Positions 24,890 through 40,135 are shown, counted from the first letter of the stretch. The stretch is DNA of 64,000 nucleotides from Eledone cirrhosa (GCA_964016885.1 OZ024762.1:5828001-5892000); one strand, 5' to 3'. The notes: a model not told the origin generated them from the letters alone. Made by a program: numbers and translations.

Positions 24890-25995
24890 GAGAAAGAGAG
24901 GGGATGGGAGGAAGGGAGAAAGAGAGGGGATGGGAGGAAGGGAGAAAGAGAGGGGATGGGAGGAAGGGAGAAAGAGAGGGGATGGGAGGAAGGGAGAAAC
25001 AGAGGGGATGGGAGGAAGGGAGAAACAGAGGGGATGGGAGGAAGGGAGAAACAGAGAGTGGGAGATACCAAAGTGGTTACAGTGATGATGGTGATGGTAT
25101 TAGTGACAATGATGGTTGTATTGGTAGTGGTATTGGTGGTGGTGTTGATAGTAGTATTAGTGGTGGTGGTAGTAGTGGTGTTGGTGGTAGTGTTGGTGGT
25201 AGTGTTGGTAGTAGTGGTGTTGGTGGTAGTGTTGGTAGTAGTGGTGTTGGTGGTAGTGTTGGTGGTAGTGATGGTGGTAGTGATGGTGGTAGTGTTGGTG
25301 GTAGTGTTGGTGGTAGTGTCGGTGGTAGTGTTGGTGGTAGTGTTGGTGGTAGTGTTGGTGGTAGTGCTGGTGGTAGTGTTGGTGGTAGTGCTGGTGGTAG
25401 TGCTGGTGGTAGTGCTGGTGGTAGTGTTGGTGGTAGTGTCGGTGGTAGTTTCAGTGGTAGTGTCGGTGGTAGTGTCGGTGGTAGTGTCGGTGGTAGTGTC
25501 GGTAGTAGTGGTGTTGGTGGTAGTGTTGGTGGTAGTGCTGGTGGTAGTGTTGGTGGTAGTGCTGGTGGTAGTGCTGGTGGTAGTGCTGGTGGTAGTGTTG
25601 GTGGTAGTGTCGGTGGTAGTTTCAGTGGTAGTGTCGGTGGTAGTGTCGGTGGTAGTGTCGGTGGTAGTGTCGGTAGTAGTGGTGTTGGTGGTAGTGCTGG
25701 TGGTAGTGTTGGTGGTAGTGTCGGTGGTAGTTTCAGTGGTAGTGTCGGTGGTAGTGTCGGTGGTAGTGTTGGTGGTAGTGTTGGTAATAGTGGTGTTGGT
25801 GGTAGTGTTGGTGGTAGTGTTGGTAGTAGTGGTGTTGGTGGTAGTGCTGGTGGTAGTGTTGGTAGTAGTGTTGGTGGTGGTAGTGTTGGTGGTAGTGCTG
25901 GTGGTAGTGTTGGTGGTGGTGTTGGTGGTAGTGCTGGTGCTAGTGTTGGTGGTAGTGCTGGTGGTAGTGCTGGTGGTAGTGTTGGTGGTAGTGTT
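24890..25995. repeat. 26-bp purine-rich minisatellite followed by a (GGTGGTAGTGTT)n 12-mer array
   Basis: Visible tandem repeats. Confidence 0.9.
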
Positions 25996-26025
25996 GACTG
26001 TAAAACTTGAGAACTTTGTACTTAC

Positions 26026-26087
26026 AAGTAAACCGCTCATATTTATAAAGATACCAGAATTACTGTAACCAATGTAGCATGTTGACC
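26026..26087 (-). CDS. Candidate coding exon (62 nt)
   Basis: Acceptor TTTGTTTTCCAG, donor GTAAGT. The only open frame is (G)STCYIGYSNSGIFINMSGLL, phase 1/0. Confidence 0.6.
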
Positions 26088-26702
26088 CTGGAAAACAAAT
26101 TAGTATATTGTATAGACATACATACACACACACACATATACTGTATAGACATACATACACACACACACATATACTGTATACACACACACACACACACGCA
26201 CACACACAAAGGGCAGAGGAACTGAGGAGGGTCAACGGCCATCCTTCAAAGTTTTTTTTTTTTTTTCTTGTGGAGTGAGAGACTGTTAGCCTTCATTAAG
26301 ACATTACTCTAGGAGAAGGGCCACTCTGATATAAACCCTTCGTTGTAAGTTTAGCTGTCGATGATCCAACCATGGAAAGAAAGAAAGAAAGGAAAGAAGA
26401 AAAGAAAGAAAGAAGAAAAGAAAGGAAAAAGAAAAGAAAGGAAAAGAAAGAAAAGAAAAGAAAGAAAAAGAAAAAGAACAAGAAAGAAAAAGAAAGAAAG
26501 AAGGAAAGAAAAAAAGAAGAAAGGAAGGAAATAAGAAAGAAAGAAAGAAAGAAAGAATGAAAGAAAGATAGAAAGATAGAAAGAAAGAAAGAGAGAGAGA
26601 AAGAAAGAGACTGACTGACATACATACATACTACATACATACATACATGGTGCCTTAATCTGTTCTTAAAGAATCATTGTACCACCACCAAACTTATAAC
26701 AC

Positions 26703-26761
26703 CTGAGCAAGCTGGTGGAAAGGAGGAGGTGTGGGGCTGCATAAGATCACCTAGATCCTTC
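26703..26761 (-). CDS. Candidate coding exon (59 nt)
   Basis: Acceptor TTTTAATCACAG, donor CAG/GTGTTA. Reads KDLGDLMQPHTSSFPPACS, phase 2/1, which fits both neighbours. Confidence 0.45.
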
Positions 26762-27036
26762 CTGTGATTAAAAATCTTTCATATCATTCACACTCTCCCC
26801 CTTCCTCACTCCTGTGCATCTTCTACATACAAAATCTTCCATTCCTGTTCATCTACCTGTTATCCCACTACATCTCTTGTGTACCCAAGATTTACTCTGG
26901 GTACATCACAGAGTGTATGCCTATTCCTTAAAGCACCAAAACAATTTGTCCTCTAGGGGTCAACTGGTGAGATCAGACTACCATCTACATTCCATTTCCT
27001 GCCTTTGCCCATATTTTTATATATATATATATGTAT

Positions 27037-27069
<33 letters not shown>

Positions 27070-27071
<2 letters not shown>

Positions 27072-27240
27072 GGAACAAGTAGGACCCCGACGGCTAATTC
27101 TGGACGTCCAGAATTAGCCGTCGAAACGGCTTGAGCTCAGCCGTCGGGGTCCTACTCATTCCTATTACCCACTCTCCTACCCTAAGTATTGAGTACTTTG
27201 GTGTGTTATGGTCCATCTGGTTCCTTACCACATTTCCTTC

Positions 27241-27245
<5 letters not shown>
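27070..27245. mobile_element. Fold-back hairpin element, family D
   Basis: Palindrome centred on TGGACGTCCA with the unique tail ...CCTTACCACATTTCCTTCGTT, in (TA)n. Confidence 0.85.
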
Positions 27246-27282
<37 letters not shown>

Positions 27283-27914
27283 GGAATAGAATGAAACGAA
27301 ATTTCATTTCTCAGTCTTAGTACCGCACTTACTTAAATGTAAGTATGTATGTATACGTACATACATATATGTATACAGACATACAGTAGTATGTATATAT
27401 ATACACACATGCACACATATATATATATATGCACGTATTGGTTTACCAAACATTTATTATAATGCTCGGTTTGTTTGTTTGAAAACAAAGAAACAACCCG
27501 AATTACGCCCTACAGACGTAAAGGGACGTAACACTGCTGGAAAGCATGGCGTCCGACCCTCTACCGATACTGCCAATCCACCGCCCTTGTGGATGTAAAA
27601 TGATAATGATGATGATATATATATATATGCACATTTCTCTCCAGCTGTCGCATATCTTCTGCAGTTGCTGCCCATGTCTCACTACCATGCAGCATCACGC
27701 ATCTCACACAGGCATCATATAATAATCAGAAATGATCCAACTAGTTTTAAACTGGCTCCATCTTGATATATATATATTATTTTTTATCATTAACATTAAT
27801 ATAAAAAACAATAATCAAGTATAATTATTTTACATTTTTTCACACAAATTTATTTAGAGAAGGACCTCAAATTTTGTATAGTTTGGGCCTTAGCAAGTGA
27901 AAGTCTGGGCATGT

Positions 27915-28560
27915 CTGCTACCTAGGGGACTTAATTAGCTGTGGCAGTGAATGTTTTCTAAAAGTACAATGAAGTGAGAACGAGGTGGAAGAAGTTGAGG
28001 GAGCTACTTTCCCTGCTAGCTAAAAAGGACCCTATTTTGGGTCCAAAAGGTAGATTACATGATGTCTGTATGTAAACTGCAATAATGCATGGCAATTTAA
28101 ATTAGAATTGGGCCTTGATTGCCATGGATCTGCAATGATTGGAAATAAATGGGTGAAGAATGCTTTAATGGATGTGTAACACATGGGTTGGCTGAAAAGT
28201 TCATAGGCTGACTATGAAGGAGTGATGTTAGAGAGCTGTGAAATCTTGCATGCATTAATTTCAACTCTTCTTATTAATAATTGCATTGTTACTTTCCATT
28301 GTTGAAAAATAAACAGCATTTGGTCATTCCATGAGAGTATCTTGGTCAGACTATGAACTTTTCAGTAGTAGTAGTAGTGTGAAAGGATTTCCATGTTGCG
28401 GTGAAAGAGCAGATTGTATGATGTCTGTGCGTGGATTACGTTGCATGAAACAAGAAACTTTAGTGCTGACTACCACGGATCTGCAATGATTGCAGAGAAA
28501 TAAGGCAAGCATGCTTCAATAGATGTTATAGTAGTGTGTATGAACAATGAAGCATTAGTC
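27915..28560 (+). mobile_element. Highly decayed RTE LINE fragments interrupted by a MITE
   Basis: VRTRWKKLRELL and RLYDVC remnants. Confidence 0.6.
28185..28366. mobile_element. Tc1/mariner-type MITE with TIRs
   Basis: TIRs CTGAAAAGTTCATAGGCTGAC ... GTCAGACTATGAACTTTTCAG. Confidence 0.7.
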
Positions 28561-29229
28561 AACCAAGAGTCCCACACCTTAAAAACTAGACTACGTGTAT
28601 TCACTAAGCAAATGATTAATTAAAATATATAATCTATAAGCACCAAAGACTAAAATATGCCAATGTCAGCAGTGGCTATCATCACATGTCAACATTTGTC
28701 TATGGATAAAGATTCCACATTCCTCATTCTTCACAAACAACAAACCAGACCTAACTGTCTGTCTGCATTGTGTGTGCATGATTGTGTGTAAACGAAACAC
28801 ACACACACACAGACACTATATAAATATGCGTGTGTGAATGTGTGCAAACAACAGACACTCCATAAATGCGTGTATCTCTCTCTCTCTCTCTGTGTGCCTG
28901 TGTGTATGAGTGTGTGTGTGCCTGTGTGTATGAGTGTGTGTGTGCCTGTGTGTATGTGTGTGTGCCTGTGTGTATGAGTATTTGTTGCCTGTGTGTATGT
29001 GTATCTAATTTACACTAGATACCTATAAAAGGGTAACTAAAAAGGTTGGCACCAGTAAGGTCATCTGGCTGTAAAACATTAACACTGCCTCAGAAAGTAC
29101 CCCATCATGGGTATGACACTTGTGAACCCTACAATGACTGACCCCTGTTTAAGTAGGGGGAAATATCTCTAAAACTCCTACTGTTGTTGTTCTCTGGTAC
29201 ATGATGAATCAAAGTATCTAGAAGGAAGG

Positions 29230-29470
29230 ATCAATCAACAAGATTGCAGACCTCACTAAGTGGGCTGGAACTTGTCAAATTGGACCAAGGAGACAATGTT
29301 TCCATTGGTCTTTCCATTGCTGATACCATCTACTGGTTATAACTCATGGCAGAAAGAGAAACATGAAATAAAATGTCTTGCTCAAGGATATAACGCATCA
29401 CCCGGTCCATGAATCAATCTCGCAACCTCACAATTATGAATCCAATTCTCTAACCACTCAGCCATGCACC
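29230..29470 (-). mobile_element. CORE-SINE, third subfamily
   Basis: Reverse head TGGCTGAGTGGTTAGAG and core CCTTGAGCAAGACATTTTATTTCA. Confidence 0.7.
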
Positions 29471-29558
29471 GCGGTGGTCTAGTGGTAGGTATTATAGATG
29501 GTGGAGATCCTGGTCTGGGGTTCAATCTCAGTCAGGATCTACACTAAGGGGGTCTTAC

Positions 29559-29667
29559 TTATTAAAGTATATAAGTGGTGGATATTTGTGGTTAGATCTC
29601 CAATGACTTTGATGACAATTGCTTCTGCAGCACCAACAGAATGACAGCATGGTGACAGTGATGGCTG
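29559..29667 (-). CDS. Candidate coding exon (109 nt)
   Basis: Acceptor TATTCTACAG, donor GTAAGA. Reads AITVTMLSFCWCCRSNCHQSHWRSNHKYPPLIYFN, phase 1/2. A second frame is also open. Confidence 0.55.
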
Positions 29668-30030
29668 CTGTAGAATACTAGTGACCATTGGTCAGTCATA
29701 CTGCTGGCTGCTGTAGAATACTAGTGACCACTGGTCAGTCATGCTGATTAGTGTAGAATACTAGTGACTATTGGTTAGTCACTGCTGGCTGCTGTAGAAT
29801 ACTAGTGACCACTGGTCAGTCATACTGCTGGCTGCTGCAGAATACTGGTGACCATTGGTCAGTCGTACTGATGGCTGCTGCAGAATACTGGTGACCATTG
29901 GTCAGTCATAATGAAGGCTAGTGTAGAATACTAGTGACCAGAGGTCAGTCATACTGATGGCTAATGTTGAATACTACTAACCAGAGTTCAGTCCTGCTAG
30001 TGCAGGATACTAGTGACCATTGGTCAGTGA
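29660..30030. repeat. ~43-bp minisatellite (about 8 units) containing the adjacent splice acceptor
   Basis: Unit GGCTGCTGTAGAATACTAGTGACCATTGGTCAGTCATACTGCT. Confidence 0.9.
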
Positions 30031-30287
30031 TATGGCATCTAGATTGGATAAAGGACAAAATAGCCAGCAAAATCTAGCAGACATACAGACATTGACTGGC
30101 TTTTGATGTTAACTGGCATCAACAGTGAAGTGGTCAGTTATGTGTGACGGAAACTGGGTTTACACACATTAGCAACATAGAACATTAGAAAATGGCTGGC
30201 ATTACACCAATGTGACCAGTGAAGTGTGTCTATGGTCATAGAGCAGAGTCTACAGTAAATATCATAATGACACTGTTGTTTGCGGCG

Positions 30288-30303
30288 TTATATATATATA
30301 TAC

Positions 30304-30336
<33 letters not shown>

Positions 30337-30375
30337 CATATATATATACATATATATATATATATACATATATAC

Positions 30376-30460
<85 letters not shown>

Positions 30461-30925
30461 CATATATACATATATATATACATATATATATATACATATA
30501 TACATATATATATACATATATATATATACATATACATATATATATACATATATATATACATATATATATACATATATATATACATATATATACATATATA
30601 TATATACATATATATATATACATATATATATATATATGCATATATATATATATGCATATATATATATATGCATATATATGCATATATATATATATATACA
30701 TATATGCATATATATGCATATATATATATATATACATATATGCATATATATATATATATGCATATATATATATATACATATATACATATATATACATATA
30801 TACATATATACATATATATACATATATACATATATATACATATATATATACATATATACATATATATACATATATACATATATATATATGTATATATGTA
30901 TATATATATACATATATATATATAT
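30288..30925. repeat. (TA)n-rich microsatellite
   Basis: Visible. Confidence 0.95.
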
Positions 30926-31235
30926 CTTCCACATCTAGAATAAGGAACAGGCATTGCAATAGCCTGGGGTTCAAGGGCCCTCAACTCTTCAACAAGCTGC
31001 CGAGGGATCTTGGAGATCTGCATGATGTGGAGGTGGATGTTTTCAAGAAACATCTCGACACCTTGCTATCCAGGATCCCGGATGAGCCCACAGCAAGGCA
31101 CGAGGGAAACCTAAGGGCAGCACCAATGAACTCCCTCTTGCATCAGTGGCCAACCAATACAGGCTGGAGATAAAATGTGTAGCAACAAGGGCGGTGCCCC
31201 AGCATGGCCTCAGCCGGATGGCTGGAACAGGTAAA
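30926..31235 (+). mobile_element. CR1/L2-group LINE 3' end
   Basis: [18 protein letters not shown]...[19 protein letters not shown]...NSLLHQ, then a short 3' UTR. Confidence 0.7.
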
Positions 31236-31289
31236 AGAGTATATATATATACATACACACTCATATATATATATATATATATATACAGA

Positions 31290-32325
31290 TATAGGCAATT
31301 CATCTCAAAAGAGCTCAACAAAAATTACAAAAAAACACCTAGTAACACACTCAACAAAATAAATAGATTAGGTAAGAGCATAGTAACTAGCTTGGATATT
31401 GATAAATACACAGACCCATACAAACCTTTGACACCGAAATTCTCTCTTAAGGATCACAAACGTAACTTTAATGAAAGCCCCTCACTTAGAATAATATGCC
31501 CCTCCACCTCTGATATAGGTAGAATTAGCAAATTGATCCTCGATAGGATAATATCTGTACTAAATAGTAAGGCTAAGGTCCTTCTTTGGAATAATACTGA
31601 CCAGGTCATCAAATGGTTCACAAATATACGAGATAAGGATTCTTTAAAATTTATCCAGTTCGACAGACAATTACTACGCCTCTATCTCCCCTATACTCCT
31701 AAATAAGACCTTCATCTTAGCTAGGTCTAATACTAGTTTAACTAAAAAAGAAATAAACATAGTACTAACAGCTAGACACACCATCATACAGTTCGAAGGC
31801 TCATACTGGACCCAAGCCAACTGTCCTGATAATTTTGGTATCACGATGGGTCTAGTAACTCAGCACAGGTAACTGACCTGGTTGGAATATACCTCCTGCA
31901 TAAGCTCAGGAATGAGATCCCTGTACTACAAGGAGGTGCATATAGGGACGACGCCCTAATTACTGTAAGGAATCACAACCCTCCCGTAGGATATAAAACC
32001 TCAATAAGCATATCCATAAGTTCTTTAAAATGTACAGCCTCTCAGTTACAATAGACCATAACCATAAAGTAGTTAACTTCCTAGATGTAACAGAGTTAGA
32101 TACCAGCCTGTACAGACCAAACCACAAGCCAGGTGAAATCCTGTCTTACATAAACAAAGCATCTAACCACCCCAAATCTACACTTAACTCTATAGTGAGT
32201 AGCATCTCCCACAGAAACTCGAAGCTATCGGCCAACGAGGACCTCTTCGACCAAACTGCTGACTACTACAACAAAGCACTGGCAGAATCTGGGTATAGCA
32301 GTAGGATTTCTTACAATGCCACACC
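31290..32325 (+). mobile_element. Penelope-like element RT fragment of a second lineage (YRDD type)
   Basis: LKDHKRNF...LRIICPSTSDIGRISK, FIQFD, YRDDALI, VVNFLDV and YINKASNHP, frameshifted. Confidence 0.8.
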
Positions 32326-32905
32326 TGTAGTCTCCCAGCCATCTCCACACCCACCTGTGATGTAGTGGCTACAATGCTATACCTGTAGTCTCCCAGCCAT
32401 CTCCACACCTTACAACACACCCACCTGTGATGTAGTGGCTACAAAGACACCTGTAGTCTCCCAGCCATCTCCACATCCACCTGTGATGTAGTGGCTACAA
32501 TGCTATACCTGTAGTCTCCCAGCCATCTCCACACCTTACAACACACCCACCTGTGATGTAGTGGCTACAATGCTATACCTGTAGTCTCCCAGCCATCTCC
32601 ACACCTTACAACACACCTACCTGTGATGTAGTGGCTACAAAGACACCTGTAGTCTCCCAGCCATCTCCACATCCACCTGTGATGTAGTGGCTACAATGCT
32701 ATACCTGTAGTCTCCCAGCCATCTCCACACCTTACAACACACCCACCTGTGATGTAGTGGCTACAATGCTATACCTGTAGTCTCCCAGCCATCTCCACAC
32801 CTTACAACACACCCACCTGTGATGTAGTGGCTACAATGCTATACCTGTAGTCTCCCAGCCATCTCCACACCCACCTGCGATGTAGTGGCTACAATGACAC
32901 ACCTG
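32320..32905. repeat. 56-70-bp minisatellite (9 units) containing the adjacent exon end and splice donor
   Basis: (C/T)ACCTG(T/C)GATGTAGTGGCTACAA starts at 32352, 32422, 32478, 32548, 32618, 32674, 32744, 32814 and 32872. Confidence 0.9.
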
Positions 32906-32931
32906 TACAGGTGTCTCTACTCCATAGTCAT
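32875..32931 (-). CDS. Candidate coding exon (57 nt)
   Basis: Acceptor GTATTTCAG, donor CAG/GTGGGT. Reads DYGVETPVQVCHCSHYIA, phase 1/1. Confidence 0.55.
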
Positions 32932-33079
32932 CTGAAATACATCATTTGCACACTGTTTATCTGTCTGGGTAGATACAGGTGTGCAGGGTGGATGCAGCGT
33001 AGGTGGGTGGCATCAAACAGCCACATTCACAGACAGAAAAATTGTGGAATGTCAAGAATTTTTAGTATATTATAACAGG

Positions 33080-34682
<1,603 letters not shown>

Positions 34683-34724
34683 ACACATATAATTATAATT
34701 TATTTCTTGCATTAATAATACACT

Positions 34725-36025
34725 GGTTGGATGCCCTTCCTATCACCAGCACCATTTCACAGCATGGTCCAGGTGCTTTTATTCATGCCACCAGCACTAG
34801 GGAGGTTGTCTTACTGGACTCAAGGGCCCTCTCCACTCCATACTTTGGCATTGTTTTTAATGACTGAATGCCACTTCCATTTCCTCCATTTCACAGCATG
34901 GACCAGGTGCTTTTATTCATGCCACCAGCACTAGGGAGGTTGTCTTACTGGACTCAAGGGCCCTCTCCACTCCATACTTTGGCATTGTTTTTAATGACTG
35001 AATGCCACTTCCATTTCCTCCATTTCACAGCATGGACCAGGTGCTTTTATTCATGCCACCAGCACTAGGGAGGTTGTCTTACTGGACTCAAGGGCCCTCT
35101 CCACTCCATACTTTGGCATTGTTTTTAATGACTGAATGCCACTTCCATTTCCTCCATTTCACAGCATGGACCAGGTGCTTTTATTCATGCCACCAGCACT
35201 AGGGAGGTTGTCTTACTGGACTCAAGGGCCCTCTCCACTCCATACTTTGGCATTGTTTTTAATGACTGAATGCCACTTCCATTTCCTCCATTTCACAGCA
35301 TGGACCAGGTGCTTTTATTCATGCCACCAGCACTAGGGAGGTTGTCTTACTGGACTCAAGGGCCCTCTCCACTCCATACTTTGGCATTGTTTTTAATGAC
35401 TGAATGCCACTTCCATTTCCTCCATTTCACAGCATGGACCAGGTGCTTTTATTCATGCCACCAGCACTAGGGAGGTTGTCTTACTGGACTCAAGGGCCCT
35501 CTCCACTCCATACTTTGGCATTGTTTTTAATGACTGAATGCCACTTCCATTTCCTCCATTTCACAGCATGGACCAGGTGCTTTTATTCATGCCACCAGCA
35601 CTAGGGAGGTTGTCTTACTGGACTCAAGGGCCCTCTCCACTCCATACTTTGGCATTGTTTTTAATGACTGAATGCCACTTCCATTTCCTCCATTTCACAG
35701 CATGGACCAGGTGCTTTTATTCATGCCACCAGCACTAGGGAGGTTGTCTTACTGGACTCAAGGGCCCTCTCCACTCCATACTTTGGCATTGTTTTTAATG
35801 ACTGAATGCCACTTCCATTTCCTCCATTTCACAGCATGGACCAGGTGCTTTTATTTATGCCAGCAGCACTAGGGAAGTCCTCTTACTGGACTCAAGGGCC
35901 CTCTCCACTCCATACTTTGGCATTGTTTTTAATGACTGAATGCCACTTCCATTTCCTCCATTTCACAGCATGGACCAGGTGCTTTTATTTATGCCAGCAG
36001 CACTAGAGAAGTCCTCTTACTGGAC
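34725..36025. repeat. 134-bp minisatellite, about 9.5 nearly identical units
   Basis: Identical ORFs start every 134 bp (34868, 35002, 35136...). The array begins with the SINE-tail motif GGATGCCCTTCCTA. Confidence 0.95.
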
Positions 36026-36397
36026 TGCTCCACCCAGCACCAATTTATTCAGAGTGATTGCTCTCCTAGACAGGTTGCCTACACTACGGCTTACAGAGCC
36101 TCTGTCCACCCCTGAGTGGTCCTGGGCCACTATTTACTATATCAAGACACTCTTAGTGAATCTACATTTATCATGTGGAGGGAGGGGGCTGCTGGGGAGG
36201 AGAAAGTGATGAAGAGGTTTTGGGGGAGTGGGTTTAAGGTGCTATGTGCATGAGGAAGAGGCTAGCAGATAGCGTCAGGCATGCATACTGGAAGGTGGTG
36301 GAGATGGTGGGGGAGGTGATGGAGGTGGGATGGGAAATGGCAACTGTATACCATTACAGAGATTTCTTAACTTTTATAGACAATACGCATATATATA

Positions 36398-36445
<48 letters not shown>

Positions 36446-36630
36446 CCTGTATAAGCATTATATATATAAACATATATATATATATAAACATCTCAAAAAT
36501 CTATGCAATTGAAATTAAATACTTAAGAGATGGCAACATGTATGGACCTGTTCTTTTTCTCTAAAAACATTTTTTCCATTTTCCAATTCCACCCCACCCG
36601 TCCCTTCAATCTTTCTTATTTCTTATTCTT

Positions 36631-36666
36631 TCTTCTGATGAAAGACTAGCGTCCGAAACGTTAAGA
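36631..36666 (+). ncRNA. Minimal hammerhead ribozyme motif
   Basis: TCTT-CTGATGA-AAGAC TAGC GTCC-GAAA-CGTT-AAGA, stem I TCTT/AAGA. Confidence 0.65.
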
Positions 36667-36778
36667 CCCTCTTCTTGCTATTTCAAGTGTTACCCTAATA
36701 TATTCCTTTCATATACTGTACCGATTGTGTTGGTATTTCTTTTTACCTTTTACATAGAGAGAGAGAGAGAGAGAGGGA

Positions 36779-36812
<34 letters not shown>

Positions 36813-36816
<4 letters not shown>

Positions 36817-36976
36817 CACATGGCTTAGTGGTTAGAGCATTGGCCTTGCAATCGAAAGGTTGTGAGTTCAATTTTCAGACCGGGTAATGTGTTGTTTCCT
36901 TGAGCAAGACACTTTATTTCACATTGCTCCAGTTTACTCAGCTGTAGAAATGAGATGAGATGATAGGGACTGGGGT

Positions 36977-36982
<6 letters not shown>
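36813..36982 (+). mobile_element. CORE-SINE family A, truncated inside its hairpin by (TA)n
   Basis: Head and core intact, ending ...GGGGTCCCTATATATA. Confidence 0.85.
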
Positions 36983-37019
<37 letters not shown>

Positions 37020-37220
37020 TGTATATATATATATATATGTTTGTATATATATATATATATGTTTGTATATATATATATATATATATGTTTGTATATATAT
37101 ATATATATATATATATGTTTGTATATATATATGTATGCATATATATTTTTATGTCTGCATATATATATATATGTATGTGTATATATATGTATGTGTATAT
37201 ATATATGTATATATATATGT

Positions 37221-37336
<116 letters not shown>

Positions 37337-37494
37337 ATATATATGTGTGTATATATAAATATATGTATGTATATATATATATATGTATGTATATATATGC
37401 ATGCATATATATATGCATGGATATATATATATGTATGTGTATATATATATATATATATACATACATACATACATACACACACATATATACACAA

Positions 37495-37672
37495 AAACTG
37501 GTGCAGCAGTACATTCATAAATTGCTACAAAGGTAAAAGGGATGCTCTAGAGAGGAGGAATTATAGAGGCATAAAGCTGATGGATCAGGTAATGAAAGTG
37601 GCAGAGAGAATATTAGCGCAACTGATTAGAGAAAGGGTCAAATTAGATGCGATGCAGTTTGGTTTTGTGCCT
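37495..37672 (+). mobile_element. RTE LINE RT fragment
   Basis: [31 protein letters not shown]...QFGFVP. Confidence 0.85.
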
Positions 37673-37801
37673 CATATTTGATTAAAATTAAATATACTTA
37701 TCGAAGTACCCTTGACAATGAAGTTTCAGAATATATATAGTTATGGGGGTCTATCTCCAAAACCATAGGAGGAGTTCGTGAACAAACCAACAGGAACTAC
37801 A

Positions 37802-37851
<50 letters not shown>

Positions 37852-38036
37852 ATTCACTTTAATTAGTTTATTTCATTAATAGCTAACTTTGTCTGTTACA
37901 ATGCAAACACGTTTCGTGTTTATCATATATTTTAATGTATTTAACTGCTCGGAAATGCCCCTTTTCTTGGAGTTTAATTATTGTAAACGACAGAGTTTAT
38001 TCTCAAAATATAATATAGTATATATATATATATATA

Positions 38037-38407
38037 TACGATATTAAATAAATGGAAACTATATTTATAAAACCATATTTATTTCATTATATATATTTCA
38101 GGGATATCATATTAACAATATGTTATGCCTTCCTCAGACAAAATACAATATAGACAGTTTTATAGATAAATAGATTTGACATACCGTTCAACATCGACTT
38201 GTATTTGAAAAAGTTGATTTGGCAAATCAACTTTTTCAAATACAAGTCGATGTTGAACGGTATGTCAAATTTATTTATCTATAAAACTGTCTATATTGTA
38301 TTTTGTCTGAGGAAGGCATAACATATTGTTAATATGATATCCCTGAAATATATATAATGAAATAAATATGGTTTTATAAATATAGTTTCCATTTATTTAA
38401 TATCGTA
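38037..38407. repeat. Near-perfect palindrome with 185-bp arms carrying a hammerhead motif
   Basis: Centre at 38222 (GATTTG-G-CAAATC), one mismatch seen. CTGAGGA...GAAATATA at 38307-38352. Confidence 0.9.
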
Positions 38408-38524
38408 AATATACTCCAAATACTTGTTGAGTGCTTTTATATCAGTTATAAATATTTACTAGTTGTAACCCAACAATTTAAATATAACTTTCCATGTATA
38501 TATATATATATATATATAATAATT

Positions 38525-38621
38525 ATTATTTCTACTTTTGGCACAAGGCCAGCAATTACACCAGTGCATTACTGGTACTTTATTTTATCGACCCAGTAAG
38601 GATGAAAGGCAAATAATAATA

Positions 38622-38657
<36 letters not shown>

Positions 38658-38860
38658 GTTTCTTATATGGGCACAAGGCCAGCAATTTTGGGGGAGGGGA
38701 AAGTCGATTAAATCGACCCCAGTACGTTACTGGTACTTTATTTTATCGACCCCGTAAGGATGAAAGGCAAAGTTAACCTCGGCGGGATTTGAACTCAGAC
38801 CGTAAAGGGACGTAACTCTTTGCTGCCACCTCTACCGATACTGCCAATCCACCTCCTTAG
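38525..38860 (-). mobile_element. Two SINE family B copies separated by (TAA)n
   Basis: GGCACAAGGCCAGCAAT...CTGGTACTTTATTTTATCGACCC...GGGATTTGAACTC. Confidence 0.8.
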
Positions 38861-39402
38861 TTATTTCATTTATTGGCCACAAGAGCCGACATGTAGGGGA
38901 CAATACAAAGAAAGGGACAGTGGGGGGTTTACAATAAGGTCGAGTAAAAGTGCACAATGGCAAGACTAATTTAACAATGAAGATATACAAATATAAAATA
39001 AACTAACTATGTATAAATATAACAAAATAAATAAATTCCCCTATCGGGGGTGGACGACCCAGGGGTGACTCACGTACCCCACCAATTCTGAACCACCCTG
39101 CGCTTCTAGGGCACCCAGGGAGAGCACCCCTCTCCTCATGTTAGCTAGCCTATAGGCGCATGGTCAGGGTAGGCCTATAATAATAATAAAGGATCGATCG
39201 ACTTTTGTCAAATCGGACCGAGGAAACAATGTTTCCGTCGGTCTTTCCAGTTGCTAGTACTATCTATATGGTCGCATATGTAACCCCTGTGTTTATGTTT
39301 ACCCTATTGTGTGAAAGGGGGCGGTGTATGTATATATATTATCAGCTCTGACCAGCCCCACATGTAATGTAACCCTTGTGGTTAAAATATTTATTGCATC
39401 GT

Positions 39403-39457
<55 letters not shown>

Positions 39458-39902
39458 CGTGCGTGCGTGTGTGTGTACGCGTGTGTGTGTGCCCTTGTGG
39501 CTAATAAAGAAATCAAACCATAACCTGGTGTAGTACGAGTGGAACGACGTGTGTGTGTGTGTGTGTGTATATATGTGTATATACTCTCTTAATTTTTCGG
39601 CTCTGTTTAACTACATTGAGCTTTACCTTTTACTGTCATTTCTATAATACGAAGGGTGTTTAACTCCAACACACTCCAGTATTTTAACCCTTATATATAT
39701 ATATATGTAGGAGGTGAGTTTTATTGTAGCACAATAAAGCAATGTTGATTTAAAACTTCACTATTCACAAGTGTTTTTTTAAGCTTCATATCATCATGTA
39801 TCCCTATTTTATCTGATGAAAACGCAGATATCCCATGATGATATTTGTTTTTGAAATGCGCATAATAAAATACTTGGAACTCTTTTAACCATCTTTTGAT
39901 CT

Positions 39903-39945
<43 letters not shown>

Positions 39946-39973
39946 CAAAGAAAGTCAAACTAATTTTTTTTCT

Positions 39974-40007
<34 letters not shown>

Positions 40008-40135
40008 TACAATCACTTTCTTACACTCACTTCACTAGACTGTGTACTAAATACAACAATAAATACTACCACTACTACAATTACTAGTAATACTACTATT
40101 ACAATTACCACTACCACCACTACTACAAAACTTAC

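Noticed and set aside
24721-26068. 429-aa Gly/Ser-rich ORF and overlapping ORFs
   Set aside because: Chance fusion of an RTE fragment with minisatellites. On the minus strand the repeat lies downstream of a GTAAGT donor, so it is intronic.
34731-36209. Ten tandem 66-aa genes
   Set aside because: Overlapping translations of a 134-bp minisatellite.
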